32,000 bases of DNA, taken from positions 270,001 through 302,000 of the forward strand of contig NZ_PQWO01000002.1 of assembly GCF_003231495.1 (NCBI RefSeq), written 5' to 3'. Both the position numbers and the translations under genes were made by a program. The stretch comes from Acaryochloris thomasi RCC1774 (GTDB lineage: Bacteria; Cyanobacteriota; Cyanobacteriia; Thermosynechococcales; Thermosynechococcaceae). This document shows, piece after piece, positions 8,212 to 18,148 of this stretch. The notes below the pieces were generated by a model. It was not told the origin of the DNA and made no database searches. It saw nothing but the letters and a program-made list of their open reading frames with translations. Each line of letters starts with the position of its first letter. Positions within the stretch are counted from its first letter, which is position 1.

Positions 8212-10446
8212 ATGACAACTAGCCCAGGGGGGCGAGAGACTAGAGCGGCAGTGCCAGCTGATCTTGACGTCATGTCAAAAGCTGGTCATTTTCATCAGAC
8301 TCTAGAGAAGGGGCCCAAAACCACCACGTGGATTTGGAACCTCCATGCTCTTGCTCACGACTTTGATACACATAAAAATTCCAATCTAGAAGATATATCA
8401 CGCAAAGTTTTTAGTGCCCATTTTGGCCACTTGGCGATTATCTTTGTTTGGTTGAGCGGCTCCTTCTATCACGGGGCACGCTTTTCTAACTACGAGGCTT
8501 GGTTGGCCAATCCCACTGGCATTAAGCCTGGTGCCCAAGTCGTCTGGCCCATCGTGGGTCAAGATATCTTAAACGCGGATTTGGGTGGTGGTTACCACGG
8601 AATCCAGATCACCTCTGGATTCTTTCAAATCTGGCGTGCGTGGGGCGTTTCATCGTCCTACGAGCTAACCTGCCTGGCCATTGGGGCCCTTGTAATGGCT
8701 GGCTTAGTCTTTCACGGTGGCTTTTTCCACTACCACAAGGCAGCTCCCTCTCTGGAATGGTTCCAGAATGTAGAGGCCATGATGAACCACCACCTAGCCG
8801 TTTTGCTCGGCTGTGGTTCTTTAGGATGGGCTGGCCACCTGATTCACGTTTCGTTGCCTGTCAACACCATGTTGGATTCGGGTGTAACGGATATTCCGTT
8901 GGCTCGCTCCTACGTCATGGATAAGGCGTTTATGGCCGATATGTACCCTAGCTTTGCCCAGGGTATTGGTCCATTCTTCAGCCTTAACTGGGGTGTTTAC
9001 TCCGACTTCCTCACCTTCAAAGGTGGTCTTAACCCGACCACAGGAAGTCTTTGGCTAACTGACGTGATTCACCATCACCTTGCCTTAGGTGTGCTCTTGA
9101 TTGTTGCGGGTCACATGTACCGCACCAACTGGGGTATTGGTCACAGCATGAAGGAAATCCTAGAAGGCCATAAGGGCCCCTTCACAGGTGACGGCCACAA
9201 AGGGCTTTACGAAATCATGACGACGTCCTGGCACGCACAGCTTGCTGTGAACCTTGCATTGCTTGGTTCCCTCAGCATTGTGGTGGCCCAGCATATGTAC
9301 GCCATGCCGCCCTACCCTTACCTGGCAACAGATTACGCCACTCAGCTATCTATCTACACCCATCACATGTGGATTGGTGGATTGATTATCTGTGGTGCAG
9401 CTGCTCACGCCGGCATTTTCATGGTTCGTGACTACGATCCTGCCGTAAGTCAGAATAATCTGCTTGACCGAGTTCTAAGGCACCGAGATGCTATTATTTC
9501 GCATCTCAACTGGGTTTGTATTTGGCTGGGCTTTCACAGCTTCGGTCTCTACATTCATAACGACACCATGAGAGCCTTGGGTCGCCCTCAAGATATGTTC
9601 TCTGATACGGCGATTCAGATTCAACCTATTTTCGCCCAGTGGGTTCAGTCCATCAACGCTTCTGCCGCGGGTTCCGTTCGGGCACCATTGGCTGAAGCTG
9701 CCACCAGCGTTGTCTGGGGTGGCGACACTGTTGCCGTGGGTGGAAAAGTTGCCATGAGTGCTATTCCTTTAGGAACAGCGGACTTCATGGTTCACCACAT
9801 TCACGCCTTTACAATTCACGTGACTGTGCTGATTCTGCTCAAGGGTGTTCTCTATGCCCGCAGCTCTCGTCTGATTCCAGATAAGGGTAGCCTTGGCTTT
9901 AGATTCCCTTGTGATGGCCCCGGTCGCGGTGGCACATGTCAGGTCTCTGCTTGGGACCATGTATTCCTTGGTCTGTTCTGGATGTACAACTCCATCTCAG
10001 TCACGATTTTCCACTTCAGCTGGAAGATGCAGTCTGACGTCTGGGGTACTGTCTCAGATAATGGTGCTGTTTCCCACATTACGGGCGGAAATTTCGCTCA
10101 GAGTGCGATCTGCATCAATGGTTGGCTAAGAGATTTCCTTTGGTCACAAACGCCTCAGGTCATCAATTCCTACGGGACAGCTTTGTCAGCCTATGGTCTG
10201 ATGTTCCTGGCTGCTCACTTCCTGTGGGCATTCAGTCTGATGTTCTTGTTCAGTGGCCGTGGTTATTGGCAAGAGCTGATTGAATCAATCGTTTGGGCTC
10301 ACAATAAGCTTAAAGTTGCTCCCGCTATTCAGCCTCGTGCTTTGAGCATTATTCAGGGTCGAGCAGTAGGGGTTACCCACTATCTCGTCGGTGGAATTGC
10401 CACAACTTGGGCATTCTTCCTGGCTCGAATGATTGCAGTAGGATAG
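8212..10446 (+). CDS. psaA: Photosystem I P700 chlorophyll a apoprotein A1 (PsaA)
   Basis: The PsaA sequence is unmistakable: [33 protein letters not shown] (FX cluster), [33 protein letters not shown] (P700 His, A0 Met, quinone Trp). I place the start at the ATG at 8212 (MTTSPGG...), preceded by AGAGAGGAGAG, rather than the track's TTG at 8188. Confidence 0.97.
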   Translation: MTTSPGGRETRAAVPADLDVMSKAGHFHQTLEKGPKTTTWIWNLHALAHDFDTHKNSNLEDISRKVFSAHFGHLAIIFVWLSGSFYHGARFSNYEAWLANPTGIKPGAQVVWPIVGQDILNADLGGGYHGIQITSGFFQIWRAWGVSSSYELTCLAIGALVMAGLVFHGGFFHYHKAAPSLEWFQNVEAMMNHHLAVLLGCGSLGWAGHLIHVSLPVNTMLDSGVTDIPLARSYVMDKAFMADMYPSFAQGIGPFFSLNWGVYSDFLTFKGGLNPTTGSLWLTDVIHHHLALGVLLIVAGHMYRTNWGIGHSMKEILEGHKGPFTGDGHKGLYEIMTTSWHAQLAVNLALLGSLSIVVAQHMYAMPPYPYLATDYATQLSIYTHHMWIGGLIICGAAAHAGIFMVRDYDPAVSQNNLLDRVLRHRDAIISHLNWVCIWLGFHSFGLYIHNDTMRALGRPQDMFSDTAIQIQPIFAQWVQSINASAAGSVRAPLAEAATSVVWGGDTVAVGGKVAMSAIPLGTADFMVHHIHAFTIHVTVLILLKGVLYARSSRLIPDKGSLGFRFPCDGPGRGGTCQVSAWDHVFLGLFWMYNSISVTIFHFSWKMQSDVWGTVSDNGAVSHITGGNFAQSAICINGWLRDFLWSQTPQVINSYGTALSAYGLMFLAAHFLWAFSLMFLFSGRGYWQELIESIVWAHNKLKVAPAIQPRALSIIQGRAVGVTHYLVGGIATTWAFFLARMIAVG

Positions 10447-10471
10447 GAGCGAGGAGGACTCTAAAACAGTT

Positions 10472-12691
10472 ATGGCAACTAAATTTCCTAAATTTAGCCA
10501 AGATCTCGCTCAAGATCCGACTACTCGTCGGATTTGGTACGGGATTGCCACAGCCCACGACTTTGAAACTCATGATGGGATGACAGAGGAGAACCTTTAT
10601 CAAAAGGTTTTCGCAACTCATTTTGGTCATCTCGCCATTATTTTCCTGTGGGCCTCAGGCACAATCTTTCATGTAGCTTGGCAAGGCAACTTTGAACAGT
10701 GGATCCAAGATCCGCTGAACGTACGTCCCATCGCCCACGCGATTTGGGATCCTCATTTTGGTCAACCCGCTGTTGATGCGTTTACGCAGGCGGGTGCCTC
10801 TGGTCCTGTAGATGTCGCCTATTCGGGCGTTTACCACTGGTGGTACACCATTGGTATGCGAACCAATGCTGACCTTTACATGGGCTGCATCTTTCTGATG
10901 GTGCTTTCCTGCTTCTATCTGTTCGCAGGTTGGCTTCATCTACAGCCCAAGTACCGTCCCAGCTTGTCTTGGTTCAGAAATGCTGAATCACAGATGAACC
11001 ATCACTTAGCCGGTCTATTTGGTGTGAGTTCTCTCGCTTGGACTGGTCACTTGATTCACGTTGCGATTCCCGAATCTCGCGGGCAGCATGTGGGTTGGGA
11101 TAACTTCCTATCCACCTTGCCTCACCCTGCAGGTTTGTCGCCTTTCTTTACGGGTCGCTGGGGAGTCTATGCCCAGAACCCAGATACCGCTGGCCATTTA
11201 TTTGGTACCAGTGAAGGTGCGGGAACTGCGATCTTGACGTTTGTGGGTGGTTTTCATCCTCAAACTGAGTCTCTGTGGTTAACAGACATTGCCCATCACC
11301 ATTTGGCGATTGCGGCTCTGTTCATCATTGCGGGTCATATGTATAAGACCCAATTTGGTATTGGCCACAGCATGAAGGACATCCTTGAGACTCACAATCC
11401 TCCCAAAGGATGGCTCGGCAATGCCCATAAAGGTATCTACGATACCTACAATGAGTCTCTCCACTTTCAGTTGGCTTGGCACCTTGCTTGTCTCGGTGTG
11501 ATCACCTCTGTTGTGGCTCAGCATATGTACGCTCTGCCGTCCTACGCTTTCATCGCGCAGGACTATACGACACAGGCTGCGTTATTTACGCACCATGAGT
11601 ATATTGCGGGTTTCTTGATGGTGGGTGCATTTGCCCACGGCGCGATTTTCTTCGTCCGTGATTATGATCCAGAAGCGAACAAGAATAACGTCTTGGCTCG
11701 TGCGCTTGATCATAAAGAGGCAATCATCTCTCACCTGAGCTGGGTTTCCCTGCTGCTCGGTTTCCATACCTTAGGCATCTACTGCCATAACGACGTTGTC
11801 GTTGCCTTTGGGACACCTGAGAAGCAGATTTTAGTGGAGCCTGTATTTGCGCAGTGGGTACAAGCTGCTCACGGTAAATTGCTTTACGGGTTTGATACGC
11901 TGCTCTCTAATACAGGTAGCGTTGCTTATACAGCATGGCCCAATAATGGTGACGTTTGGTTGCCAGGTTGGCTAGAGGCTGTCAACGGTGGTGGCAATGC
12001 TTTGTCTCCATTCCTAACGATCGGTCCTGGTGACTTCTTGGTTCACCACGCAATTGCTCTGGGTCTCCACACCACTACTTTGATCTTGGTCAAAGGTGCA
12101 TTGGATGCCAGAGGTTCTAAGCTAATGCCGGACAAAAAAGACTTCGGCTACGCTTTCCCTTGTGATGGTCCTGGTCGTGGTGGCACTTGCGATATCTCGG
12201 GTTGGGATTCCTTCTATCTGTCAATGTTCTGGATGCTCAATACACTTGGGTGGATAACGTTCTATTGGCATTGGAAGCACCTTGCTGTTTGGCAAGGTAA
12301 TGTGGCTCGTTTTAACGAAAGTTCCACCTACCTGATGGGCTGGTTCCGAGATTACCTGTGGGCAAACTCTTCGCAGTTAATCAATGGTTATAACCCCTTC
12401 GGCATGAATAGTCTTGCGGTTTGGGCTTGGATGTTCCTGTTCGGCCACCTTGTGTGGGCTACAGGCTTCATGTTCCTGATCTCTTGGCGTGGTTATTGGC
12501 AAGAGCTGATTGAAACCCTCGTTTGGGCACATCAGCGTACGCCACTAGCCAACCTAATTCAGTGGAAGGATAAGCCAGTTGCACTATCTATCGTTCAAGC
12601 TCGTCTTGTTGGCTTAGTGCACTTTTCCGTTGGTTATGTTCTGACCTATGCGGCCTTCATCATTGCATCAACCTCTAGCCAATTTGGCTAG
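10472..12691 (+). CDS. psaB: Photosystem I P700 chlorophyll a apoprotein A2 (PsaB)
   Basis: [45 protein letters not shown]..., [57 protein letters not shown]. The gene starts 25 nt after the psaA stop and has a GAGGAGGA ribosome-binding site. Confidence 0.98.
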   Translation: MATKFPKFSQDLAQDPTTRRIWYGIATAHDFETHDGMTEENLYQKVFATHFGHLAIIFLWASGTIFHVAWQGNFEQWIQDPLNVRPIAHAIWDPHFGQPAVDAFTQAGASGPVDVAYSGVYHWWYTIGMRTNADLYMGCIFLMVLSCFYLFAGWLHLQPKYRPSLSWFRNAESQMNHHLAGLFGVSSLAWTGHLIHVAIPESRGQHVGWDNFLSTLPHPAGLSPFFTGRWGVYAQNPDTAGHLFGTSEGAGTAILTFVGGFHPQTESLWLTDIAHHHLAIAALFIIAGHMYKTQFGIGHSMKDILETHNPPKGWLGNAHKGIYDTYNESLHFQLAWHLACLGVITSVVAQHMYALPSYAFIAQDYTTQAALFTHHEYIAGFLMVGAFAHGAIFFVRDYDPEANKNNVLARALDHKEAIISHLSWVSLLLGFHTLGIYCHNDVVVAFGTPEKQILVEPVFAQWVQAAHGKLLYGFDTLLSNTGSVAYTAWPNNGDVWLPGWLEAVNGGGNALSPFLTIGPGDFLVHHAIALGLHTTTLILVKGALDARGSKLMPDKKDFGYAFPCDGPGRGGTCDISGWDSFYLSMFWMLNTLGWITFYWHWKHLAVWQGNVARFNESSTYLMGWFRDYLWANSSQLINGYNPFGMNSLAVWAWMFLFGHLVWATGFMFLISWRGYWQELIETLVWAHQRTPLANLIQWKDKPVALSIVQARLVGLVHFSVGYVLTYAAFIIASTSSQFG

Positions 12692-12740
12692 CTTTGATTG
12701 ATATCATTGCTTGAAGTTTCTTCTTCGTCAGCCAGTTCTG

Positions 12741-12776
12741 AAAGTCCCCTCCCTGTTTTTAGGGAGGGGACTTTTG
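12741..12776 (+). terminator. Rho-independent terminator of psaAB
   Basis: Perfect 14-bp stem AAAGTCCCCTCCCT / AGGGAGGGGACTTT with loop GTTTTT, running into a T-tract. It begins 50 nt after the psaB stop. Confidence 0.8.
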
Positions 12777-12815
12777 ATATCCTTGCTACTGGCTTTTTCT
12801 TGAGGAGTCGACACA

Positions 12816-12849
12816 TATAAAAATCGGCCTCTGCTTTGCAAAGACCGAT
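12816..12849 (-). terminator. Rho-independent terminator for the minus-strand DUF1830 gene
   Basis: The minus-strand RNA reads AUCGGUCUUUG-CAAAG-CAGAGGCCGAU, an 11-bp stem including 2 G-U pairs, followed by UUUUUAU. It lies 40 nt downstream of the stop at 12889 and faces the psaAB terminator. Confidence 0.6.
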
Positions 12850-12888
12850 ATTTCAAGAAAACAATCTTGTCGAGACTGCTCTCAATTA

Positions 12889-13236
12889 CTATGAGGCTTG
12901 ATGAATAGCAACGCCTGGTGATGCTGCCTCACCTTCTTGATAATTCTGTGATTGGATAAACTGACTGGAAGCAGAGACACTTTGTTCGACTCTAAGCCGA
13001 TAGCAAGGAATGGTATCCGATAGAATTGCGCTTGCCATCATACCTGTGTGGATCTCTAACTGCGCCTCAGGTGTTGACTCAAATACTAAGTGTTGCCCCG
13101 GAAAAATAACACGCTCAAAATACCAGTTGGGGATGTTAGTGATTCGGGCTACTTGAATTTTGCTGGTAACGTTGCGATAGCAGCAAACGATGCTATCACT
13201 GCTATCAGAAGGGAGGGGATCAATAATTTGAGCCAT
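12889..13236 (-). CDS. DUF1830-family small cyanobacterial protein
   Basis: 115-aa ORF. The core CCYRNVTSKIQVARITNIPNWYFERVIFPGQHLVFESTPEAQLEIHTGMMASAILSDTIPC matches my memory of the cyanobacteria-specific DUF1830 signature (NxPNWYFERVxFPGQ...LEIHTG). Confidence 0.7.
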   Translation of the reverse strand: MAQIIDPLPSDSSDSIVCCYRNVTSKIQVARITNIPNWYFERVIFPGQHLVFESTPEAQLEIHTGMMASAILSDTIPCYRLRVEQSVSASSQFIQSQNYQEGEAASPGVAIHQAS

Positions 13237-13593
13237 AATAAATAGTGAATCTTATGAGTGATGTTGATATACATATATCTAATTTTGAAAGTAGCACTCT
13301 GAGATTGGAAGGGCTGTAAAACGGACTACCGTTCATTGATTTTGGCACTACCCGTGATTATATGATGGCGCTTCTACTGAGAAATCTCAAGGCTACATCT
13401 CAGAATAAATACGAGGTAGCAGCTCTTGCAGAGCATTAATCGGCCAATTTTTTGCCAGTCTTTGGGCCGTTGGCTTAGATTATGCAGCTCCTCCTCTGTC
13501 TATCAGTTTGCCTTATCATTAAGCATAGAGGTGCGGAATAATCGTTTATATGTTCCTATACTCTAGCCCTTCAACTTCTTATAGGCTTATTCG

Positions 13594-15171
13594 ATGCTAG
13601 CTCGAATTCTGTATGTTCGTCTTCCCTGCAATCCAATCTTCCCAATTGGTGTTGTGTACTTAGCGGATCATATTCAGAAACGTTTCCCTGAAACTGAACA
13701 ACGAATTTTTGATTTAGGTACAGTGCCCCCGCTAGATTTCAAAGCTGCACTAGAGCGCTGTATTGATGAATTTCGTCCCAGTCTATTGGTTTTCTCTTGG
13801 CGGGATATTCAAATTTATGCGCCGGTAGGTGGACGCGGCGGTAATCCTCTTCAGAATGCTTTCGAATTTTACTATGCTCGCAATCCTTTAAAGCGCGTAA
13901 GAGGTGCTCTAGGAGGCTTGCGGATGGCCGTAACCTACCTCAAAGAGCTGTGGCAGAATTTAGGTCTTATTAAGCGTGGGCTGATGCGGGCGCGAATCCA
14001 CAATCCTGATGTTGAAGTTGTTGTGGGTGGCGGTGCAGTTAGCGTTTTCTATGAACAGCTTGGTTCAATGCTGCCGCAGGGAGCAATTATTTCAGTGGGT
14101 GAGGGGGAAGCTCTAATAGAGAAAATGCTTCAGGGTCATGATTTTCGCGATGAGCGCTGCTATATCGTAGGTGAAGAGCAGCCGCGAGACCGTATGATTC
14201 ATGAATGGCCGACTCCGATCGAAAAAACGGCCTGTGATTATGACTATATTCAACGTATCTGGCCTGAATTTGAGTACTATTTACAGGAACAAGATTTTTA
14301 CGTTGGTGTACAGACGAAGCGTGGCTGTCCTCATAACTGTTGTTACTGTATATACACTGTAGTCGAAGGGAAGCAGGTTCGGATTAATCCTGCGAATGAA
14401 GTGGTTGCAGAAATGCAGCAGCTTTACAATCGTGGTATTCGTAACTTTTGGTTTACTGATGCTCAATTCATTCCGGCCCGTCGCTTTATTCCCGATGCCG
14501 TGGAATTGTTAGAGAAAATTTTGGAAACAGGCATGACGGATATCCATTGGGCCGCTTATATCCGTGCTGATAATTTGACGCCAGAGTTGTGTGACCTAAT
14601 GGTTAAGACTGGCATGAATTATTTTGAGATTGGGATCACGAGTGGTTCGCAAGAGCTAGTTCGCAAAATGCGAATGGGGTATAACCTCCGCACGGTTCTA
14701 AATAACTGTCGTGACTTGAAAGCTGCAGGGTTCAATGATTTAGTCTCAGTGAACTATTCTTTCAATGTGATTGATGAACGCCCTGAAACGATTCGGCAGA
14801 CGATTGCTTATCATAGAGAGCTAGAGAGAATTTTTGGTGCTGACAAGGTCGAGCCAGCTATCTTCTTCATTGGCTTACAGCCCCACACTCATCTTGAAAA
14901 GTATGCGTTTGAGCAGGGAATGCTCAAGCCTGGTTATGATCCATTGAGTATTCATCTTCCGTGGGTTGCAAAGAAGTTGCTATGGAATCCTGAGCCGTTG
15001 GGATCTATGTTTGCGGAAGTCTGCTTGCACGCCTGGAATCGTAATCCCAATGATTTTGGTCGTGAAGTGATGGCAATTTTAGAAGAACGATTTGGCTGCG
15101 CGCCCTTAGAGTCATCATTGACAGCTCCTCTGCGTCCCAAGCTCCGCGAACCTGCCAGCGTTGTTCGCTAA
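13594..15171 (+). CDS. Radical SAM protein with N-terminal B12-binding-like domain (cyanobacterial Slr0320-like family, from memory)
   Basis: 525-aa ORF. It has the CxxxCxxC cluster motif (CPHNCCYC) about 240 aa in, preceded by a Rossmann-like N-terminal domain. This is typical class-B-like radical SAM architecture. Confidence 0.85.
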   Translation: MLARILYVRLPCNPIFPIGVVYLADHIQKRFPETEQRIFDLGTVPPLDFKAALERCIDEFRPSLLVFSWRDIQIYAPVGGRGGNPLQNAFEFYYARNPLKRVRGALGGLRMAVTYLKELWQNLGLIKRGLMRARIHNPDVEVVVGGGAVSVFYEQLGSMLPQGAIISVGEGEALIEKMLQGHDFRDERCYIVGEEQPRDRMIHEWPTPIEKTACDYDYIQRIWPEFEYYLQEQDFYVGVQTKRGCPHNCCYCIYTVVEGKQVRINPANEVVAEMQQLYNRGIRNFWFTDAQFIPARRFIPDAVELLEKILETGMTDIHWAAYIRADNLTPELCDLMVKTGMNYFEIGITSGSQELVRKMRMGYNLRTVLNNCRDLKAAGFNDLVSVNYSFNVIDERPETIRQTIAYHRELERIFGADKVEPAIFFIGLQPHTHLEKYAFEQGMLKPGYDPLSIHLPWVAKKLLWNPEPLGSMFAEVCLHAWNRNPNDFGREVMAILEERFGCAPLESSLTAPLRPKLREPASVVR

Positions 15172-15707
15172 GATTCTAGATCGTGCGGAAACCCGTTGGA
15201 CATGATTGTGCTTGGAGAAATGGATGCGTTTGTCAAGTCGGCTCCGCGGGCACGGAACAGATCAGTATCTATAAGTTGGGCTTGCGTAAAGTTAGTATCG
15301 ATGAGGTTTGCATTTCTAAGGTTTACTGCTTGAAGAACTGCTTGAGTTAGATTTGCTTGCCGAAGATCAGCGCTACGGAGGTCAATCTGTATTAACCTGG
15401 CCTTGAAGAGGTTGGCATTGTAAAAACTTGCACGGAATAAATTTATTCCGTGCAGCACCGTGTCTTGAAAGTTTGCACTATTTAGGTTGGCTTGCTCAAG
15501 CTGTATATTCTTTAAAACTGCACCTTGAAAAATTGTATTGCTGAGATTGGAATAGGCTAAATAAGCTTGGCTGAGGTTACTGCCGCTGAAATCAATATCT
15601 TTGAGGTTTTTCCCGAATAACTGAATGTTACTGAGATCAAGATTCTGGAAGTTGCGCTTACCCTGAGCGTAGTCTGCCAGCAGTTGTTCTTCGTCAATCT
15701 GGTGCAT
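15168..15707 (-). CDS. Pentapeptide repeat protein
   Basis: 179 aa made almost entirely of A(D/N)LxX-type pentapeptides: ANLNSANFQDTVLHGINLFRASFYNANLFKARLIQIDLRSADLRQANLTQAVLQAVNLRNANLIDTNF. Confidence 0.85.
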   Translation of the reverse strand: MHQIDEEQLLADYAQGKRNFQNLDLSNIQLFGKNLKDIDFSGSNLSQAYLAYSNLSNTIFQGAVLKNIQLEQANLNSANFQDTVLHGINLFRASFYNANLFKARLIQIDLRSADLRQANLTQAVLQAVNLRNANLIDTNFTQAQLIDTDLFRARGADLTNASISPSTIMSNGFPHDLES

Positions 15708-15939
15708 AAATTAATTTACTGTGGATGTGGGAGTAGTCCTACAGATGACTTGCAAATTGAGCATTTGTACTCATTTTCTTTTCGTTAACATAAATTAACA
15801 TCTCAGGGCTGTGAGATTATTCTGGTTAAGGTTTTTTTTAGGATGTTAGGCTTGATCTCATGGTGGAAGAGTGCCGCTTCACTCTCGAATATCACTCTCT
15901 CGCCATGGGTTATTTTGTTGAAGTGAGCAGGGATGGCTG

Positions 15940-16959
15940 ATGCGGGTGACTCTGGCTGCCGGGTTTCAATCCCTTCTATGGTTAATCTTAAGCGTGAGTT
16001 TTTCTGCGCCTGTACGTGGAGAGTTCCGTCGAATGCCAATTGTTGGCCGCCAGCGATGTAATTTGGTGTTAGCTGCTGCTTCAGATATTCCTCACACCTG
16101 TTGGAAGCTGCAGGCTCATCCAGTGAAGTTGTCGGTGTGGCAATCTGCTCTCAACTTTGAGTTTGGGCAACTAACTAAAGCGCAGTGGCGCCAGCTTCAG
16201 AAGGCTTATGCTATTGGGCAGCATCGCTCTAGCCCTCATGATCCCCTGCGACACTATACCCTTATGGACTTCATGCCACCATTGATGCAGGCGTTGAATA
16301 CGCATCAGTTTCATGCAGAGAAAGCTCCTTTGCCCCAGTCTTTAAAGGGTTTGCTGCCTGCTAGTAAAGGAATGCCTCTTGAAGCCAGCATCATCGCCAA
16401 CTGCTGGGGAACGCTCTATGAGATTTTGAGAACATCTCGGTCTGTTAACCGTATGCCAGTCACTTTCATGACGGGGCCAGAACAGATGGCGGAATGGTTG
16501 CAGCAGCAGACAGTGTCAGTGATGGGTCGGCCAGAGTCTGGCGACATTTTGCTGATTCATCATCAACTAGGTGAACGTACCTATCTTGATCATGTAGCAC
16601 TGGTAATTGATGAACAGATCTTCTTTGAAAAAGCAGGCACTGGGAACGATACGCCCTATCGGCTTATCGATAGAGCCACGCTCGAACAAAGCTGGCGACC
16701 TGAGGTTTTTACCTTTGAGTTCCGCCGTCTGAGCCCTAAACCTCTGCTTCCTCCTTACAAGCAGTTTGGGCTTCATGGTCAGAGCACGACATCACGTTTC
16801 CCTTTATTGGCTACTGTCTCGCGCCCATTGGCTGAGAACTTCTCAGTAGTGTGGTTTCGTGAGCAGGAAGCTTTAACTCACTACTATTACCAGATTCAGC
16901 CAATTCACCTTACTGAGGTTGCAAGAGGACGATTTATGCTTTCACCCGCCAACTGGTAG
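15940..16959 (+). CDS. Hypothetical protein, possibly secreted NlpC/P60-like (papain-fold) hydrolase
   Basis: 339-aa ORF with a signal-like N-terminus (LLWLILSVSFSAPVRG). It has a candidate Cys nucleophile (ANCWGTLYE), and about 60 aa later GDILLIHH...DHVALVIDEQIFFEKAG, which resembles the GDLxFF...HVGIYxG..xxIHA pattern of NlpC/P60 enzymes. The start is uncertain; an alternative ATG lies at 16033. Confidence 0.45.
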   Translation: MRVTLAAGFQSLLWLILSVSFSAPVRGEFRRMPIVGRQRCNLVLAAASDIPHTCWKLQAHPVKLSVWQSALNFEFGQLTKAQWRQLQKAYAIGQHRSSPHDPLRHYTLMDFMPPLMQALNTHQFHAEKAPLPQSLKGLLPASKGMPLEASIIANCWGTLYEILRTSRSVNRMPVTFMTGPEQMAEWLQQQTVSVMGRPESGDILLIHHQLGERTYLDHVALVIDEQIFFEKAGTGNDTPYRLIDRATLEQSWRPEVFTFEFRRLSPKPLLPPYKQFGLHGQSTTSRFPLLATVSRPLAENFSVVWFREQEALTHYYYQIQPIHLTEVARGRFMLSPANW

Positions 16960-17094
16960 TCTGACCGCTTTTGTGAATTTGACTTTCACTAAGGTAATGA
17001 GTGAAAAAATAGAGGAGAGGTTTCGGTCGATCATCTTCGCTTTCTCTGGCTTGATTTTCCGCGACCTATGTCAAACCGCTAATATTTTCAGTGG

Positions 17095-18048
17095 CTAAAT
17101 CATAGACAGTTCGCCTAGAACCTCTAAACGTTTGCAGTTGCTGAGAATGAGATACTGCTCCGCTAATGTATCTGCAACTGTCGGCGTGATCCATCCCAGT
17201 TCTTTGAGGACATGAATAGCTGCCGCATACTTGGCGCGCTTCGCACCATCTTTTACTTTGATAGCTAGTCCCATTCCTTCACTAACGCGGCCAATGCATT
17301 GAATCCCCTCAGCCCCAGATTTACTGACGATCTCACCGGCGGTCAAATCCATTAAGTCGGTATCGAAATGCTCGGCACCTGAGACCAGTGTGGGATGGTG
17401 AGTCATTGCTCGCACAATCCGTTCAAGATCTAGATTATCTCCGGCTGCGAGTTTTGCGTACAGAGCGGCCATTTGGGCCAGCTCCATGCAGTAGGTTGGT
17501 ACGCCACAGTCGTCGCGAGCAGCAATGAATTCGGCCGCTGGCATCTGCAGCATTTCTGCTAGCTTAGCTAAGATGAGCTGCTGAAGTGGGTGGCGGTTCT
17601 GATGATAAGTTTGTAGTGGCCAGTTGCACTGTTGACAGACGGCTAGCATTCCAGCATGTTTGCCAGAACAGGTATGCTGAAGTGGACTGCTGCTGCCCTT
17701 TGGAATTGGGCATTTTAGTAAGCTAGGATCAACATCACAGCGCCACAAAACATTGAAGACTTGGCGTACCTGATCTAAATTACCCTGATGGGAACCGCAA
17801 ACAATGGCAAGGTCGCGATCGCTCAGCTCAAACTGTCCCATTGTGCCTGTCGTTGTTACCGCAAGTGCTTGGAACGGCTTCAGCGCTGACCGCACAAAAT
17901 AGCTTGTTTCGACATTCCCAGCTGTAGACAGAACCCGTCCCCGCTGATCGCAGACGACAACTTCAGCATGGTGTTTTGACTCAATAATGCCTTCCCGCAA
18001 CAGGTGGATATCCAATGCTGCTGTTGACTTTCGCTTTCCCATATTCAT
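17095..18048 (-). CDS. Asparaginase II family protein (Rhizobium-type L-asparaginase, PF06089-like)
   Basis: 317 aa with family motifs RSALKPFQAL, GSHQGN and CSGKHAGMLA. Confidence 0.8.
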   Translation of the reverse strand: MNMGKRKSTAALDIHLLREGIIESKHHAEVVVCDQRGRVLSTAGNVETSYFVRSALKPFQALAVTTTGTMGQFELSDRDLAIVCGSHQGNLDQVRQVFNVLWRCDVDPSLLKCPIPKGSSSPLQHTCSGKHAGMLAVCQQCNWPLQTYHQNRHPLQQLILAKLAEMLQMPAAEFIAARDDCGVPTYCMELAQMAALYAKLAAGDNLDLERIVRAMTHHPTLVSGAEHFDTDLMDLTAGEIVSKSGAEGIQCIGRVSEGMGLAIKVKDGAKRAKYAAAIHVLKELGWITPTVADTLAEQYLILSNCKRLEVLGELSMI

Positions 18049-18148
18049 GGGTAAAACTCTAGCATTTGCTGCGAGTAAATGTGACGCTATTTTGTGAATT
18101 AAGCTCTCTGTTCGACTGTCGTTAGCTTGAGAGCCTCACGTCACTGAG

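Noticed and set aside
11380-11460. PsaB loop [22 protein letters not shown] looked shorter than the Thermosynechococcus loop, suggesting a deletion
   Set aside because: The same short EAHxPPxGRLGxGHKGLYDT form is the normal version in chloroplast-type PsaB as I recall it. It is therefore an ordinary lineage variant and not an anomaly.
8640-11767. Short ORFs inside or antisense to psaA and psaB (8640-8924, 9769-9960, 9893-10129, 10373-10630, 10655-10939, 11279-11524, 11582-11767)
   Set aside because: They are shadow ORFs of two unambiguous, highly conserved genes.
8212-12691. Idea that this psaA-psaB pair is the far-red-light (FaRLiP) psaA2-psaB2 paralogue set
   Set aside because: In FaRLiP clusters psaB2 is followed by psaL2/I2/F2/J2 and surrounded by rfpABC, apc and psb paralogues. 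Here psaB is followed by a strong terminator and unrelated genes, and none of the cluster genes is in the window. I also cannot recall diagnostic FaRLiP residues well enough to test them.
15803-16039. 78-aa minus-strand ORF between the pentapeptide gene and the 339-aa ORF
   Set aside because: It has no recognisable motif and overlaps the 5' end of the longer plus-strand ORF by 100 nt. I cannot decide from sequence alone, so I have not called it as a gene.
16985-17010. 7-bp hairpin TTTCACT-N9-AGTGAAA between the 339-aa ORF and the asparaginase gene as a terminator
   Set aside because: The stem is short and AT-rich, with no following U-tract on either strand.
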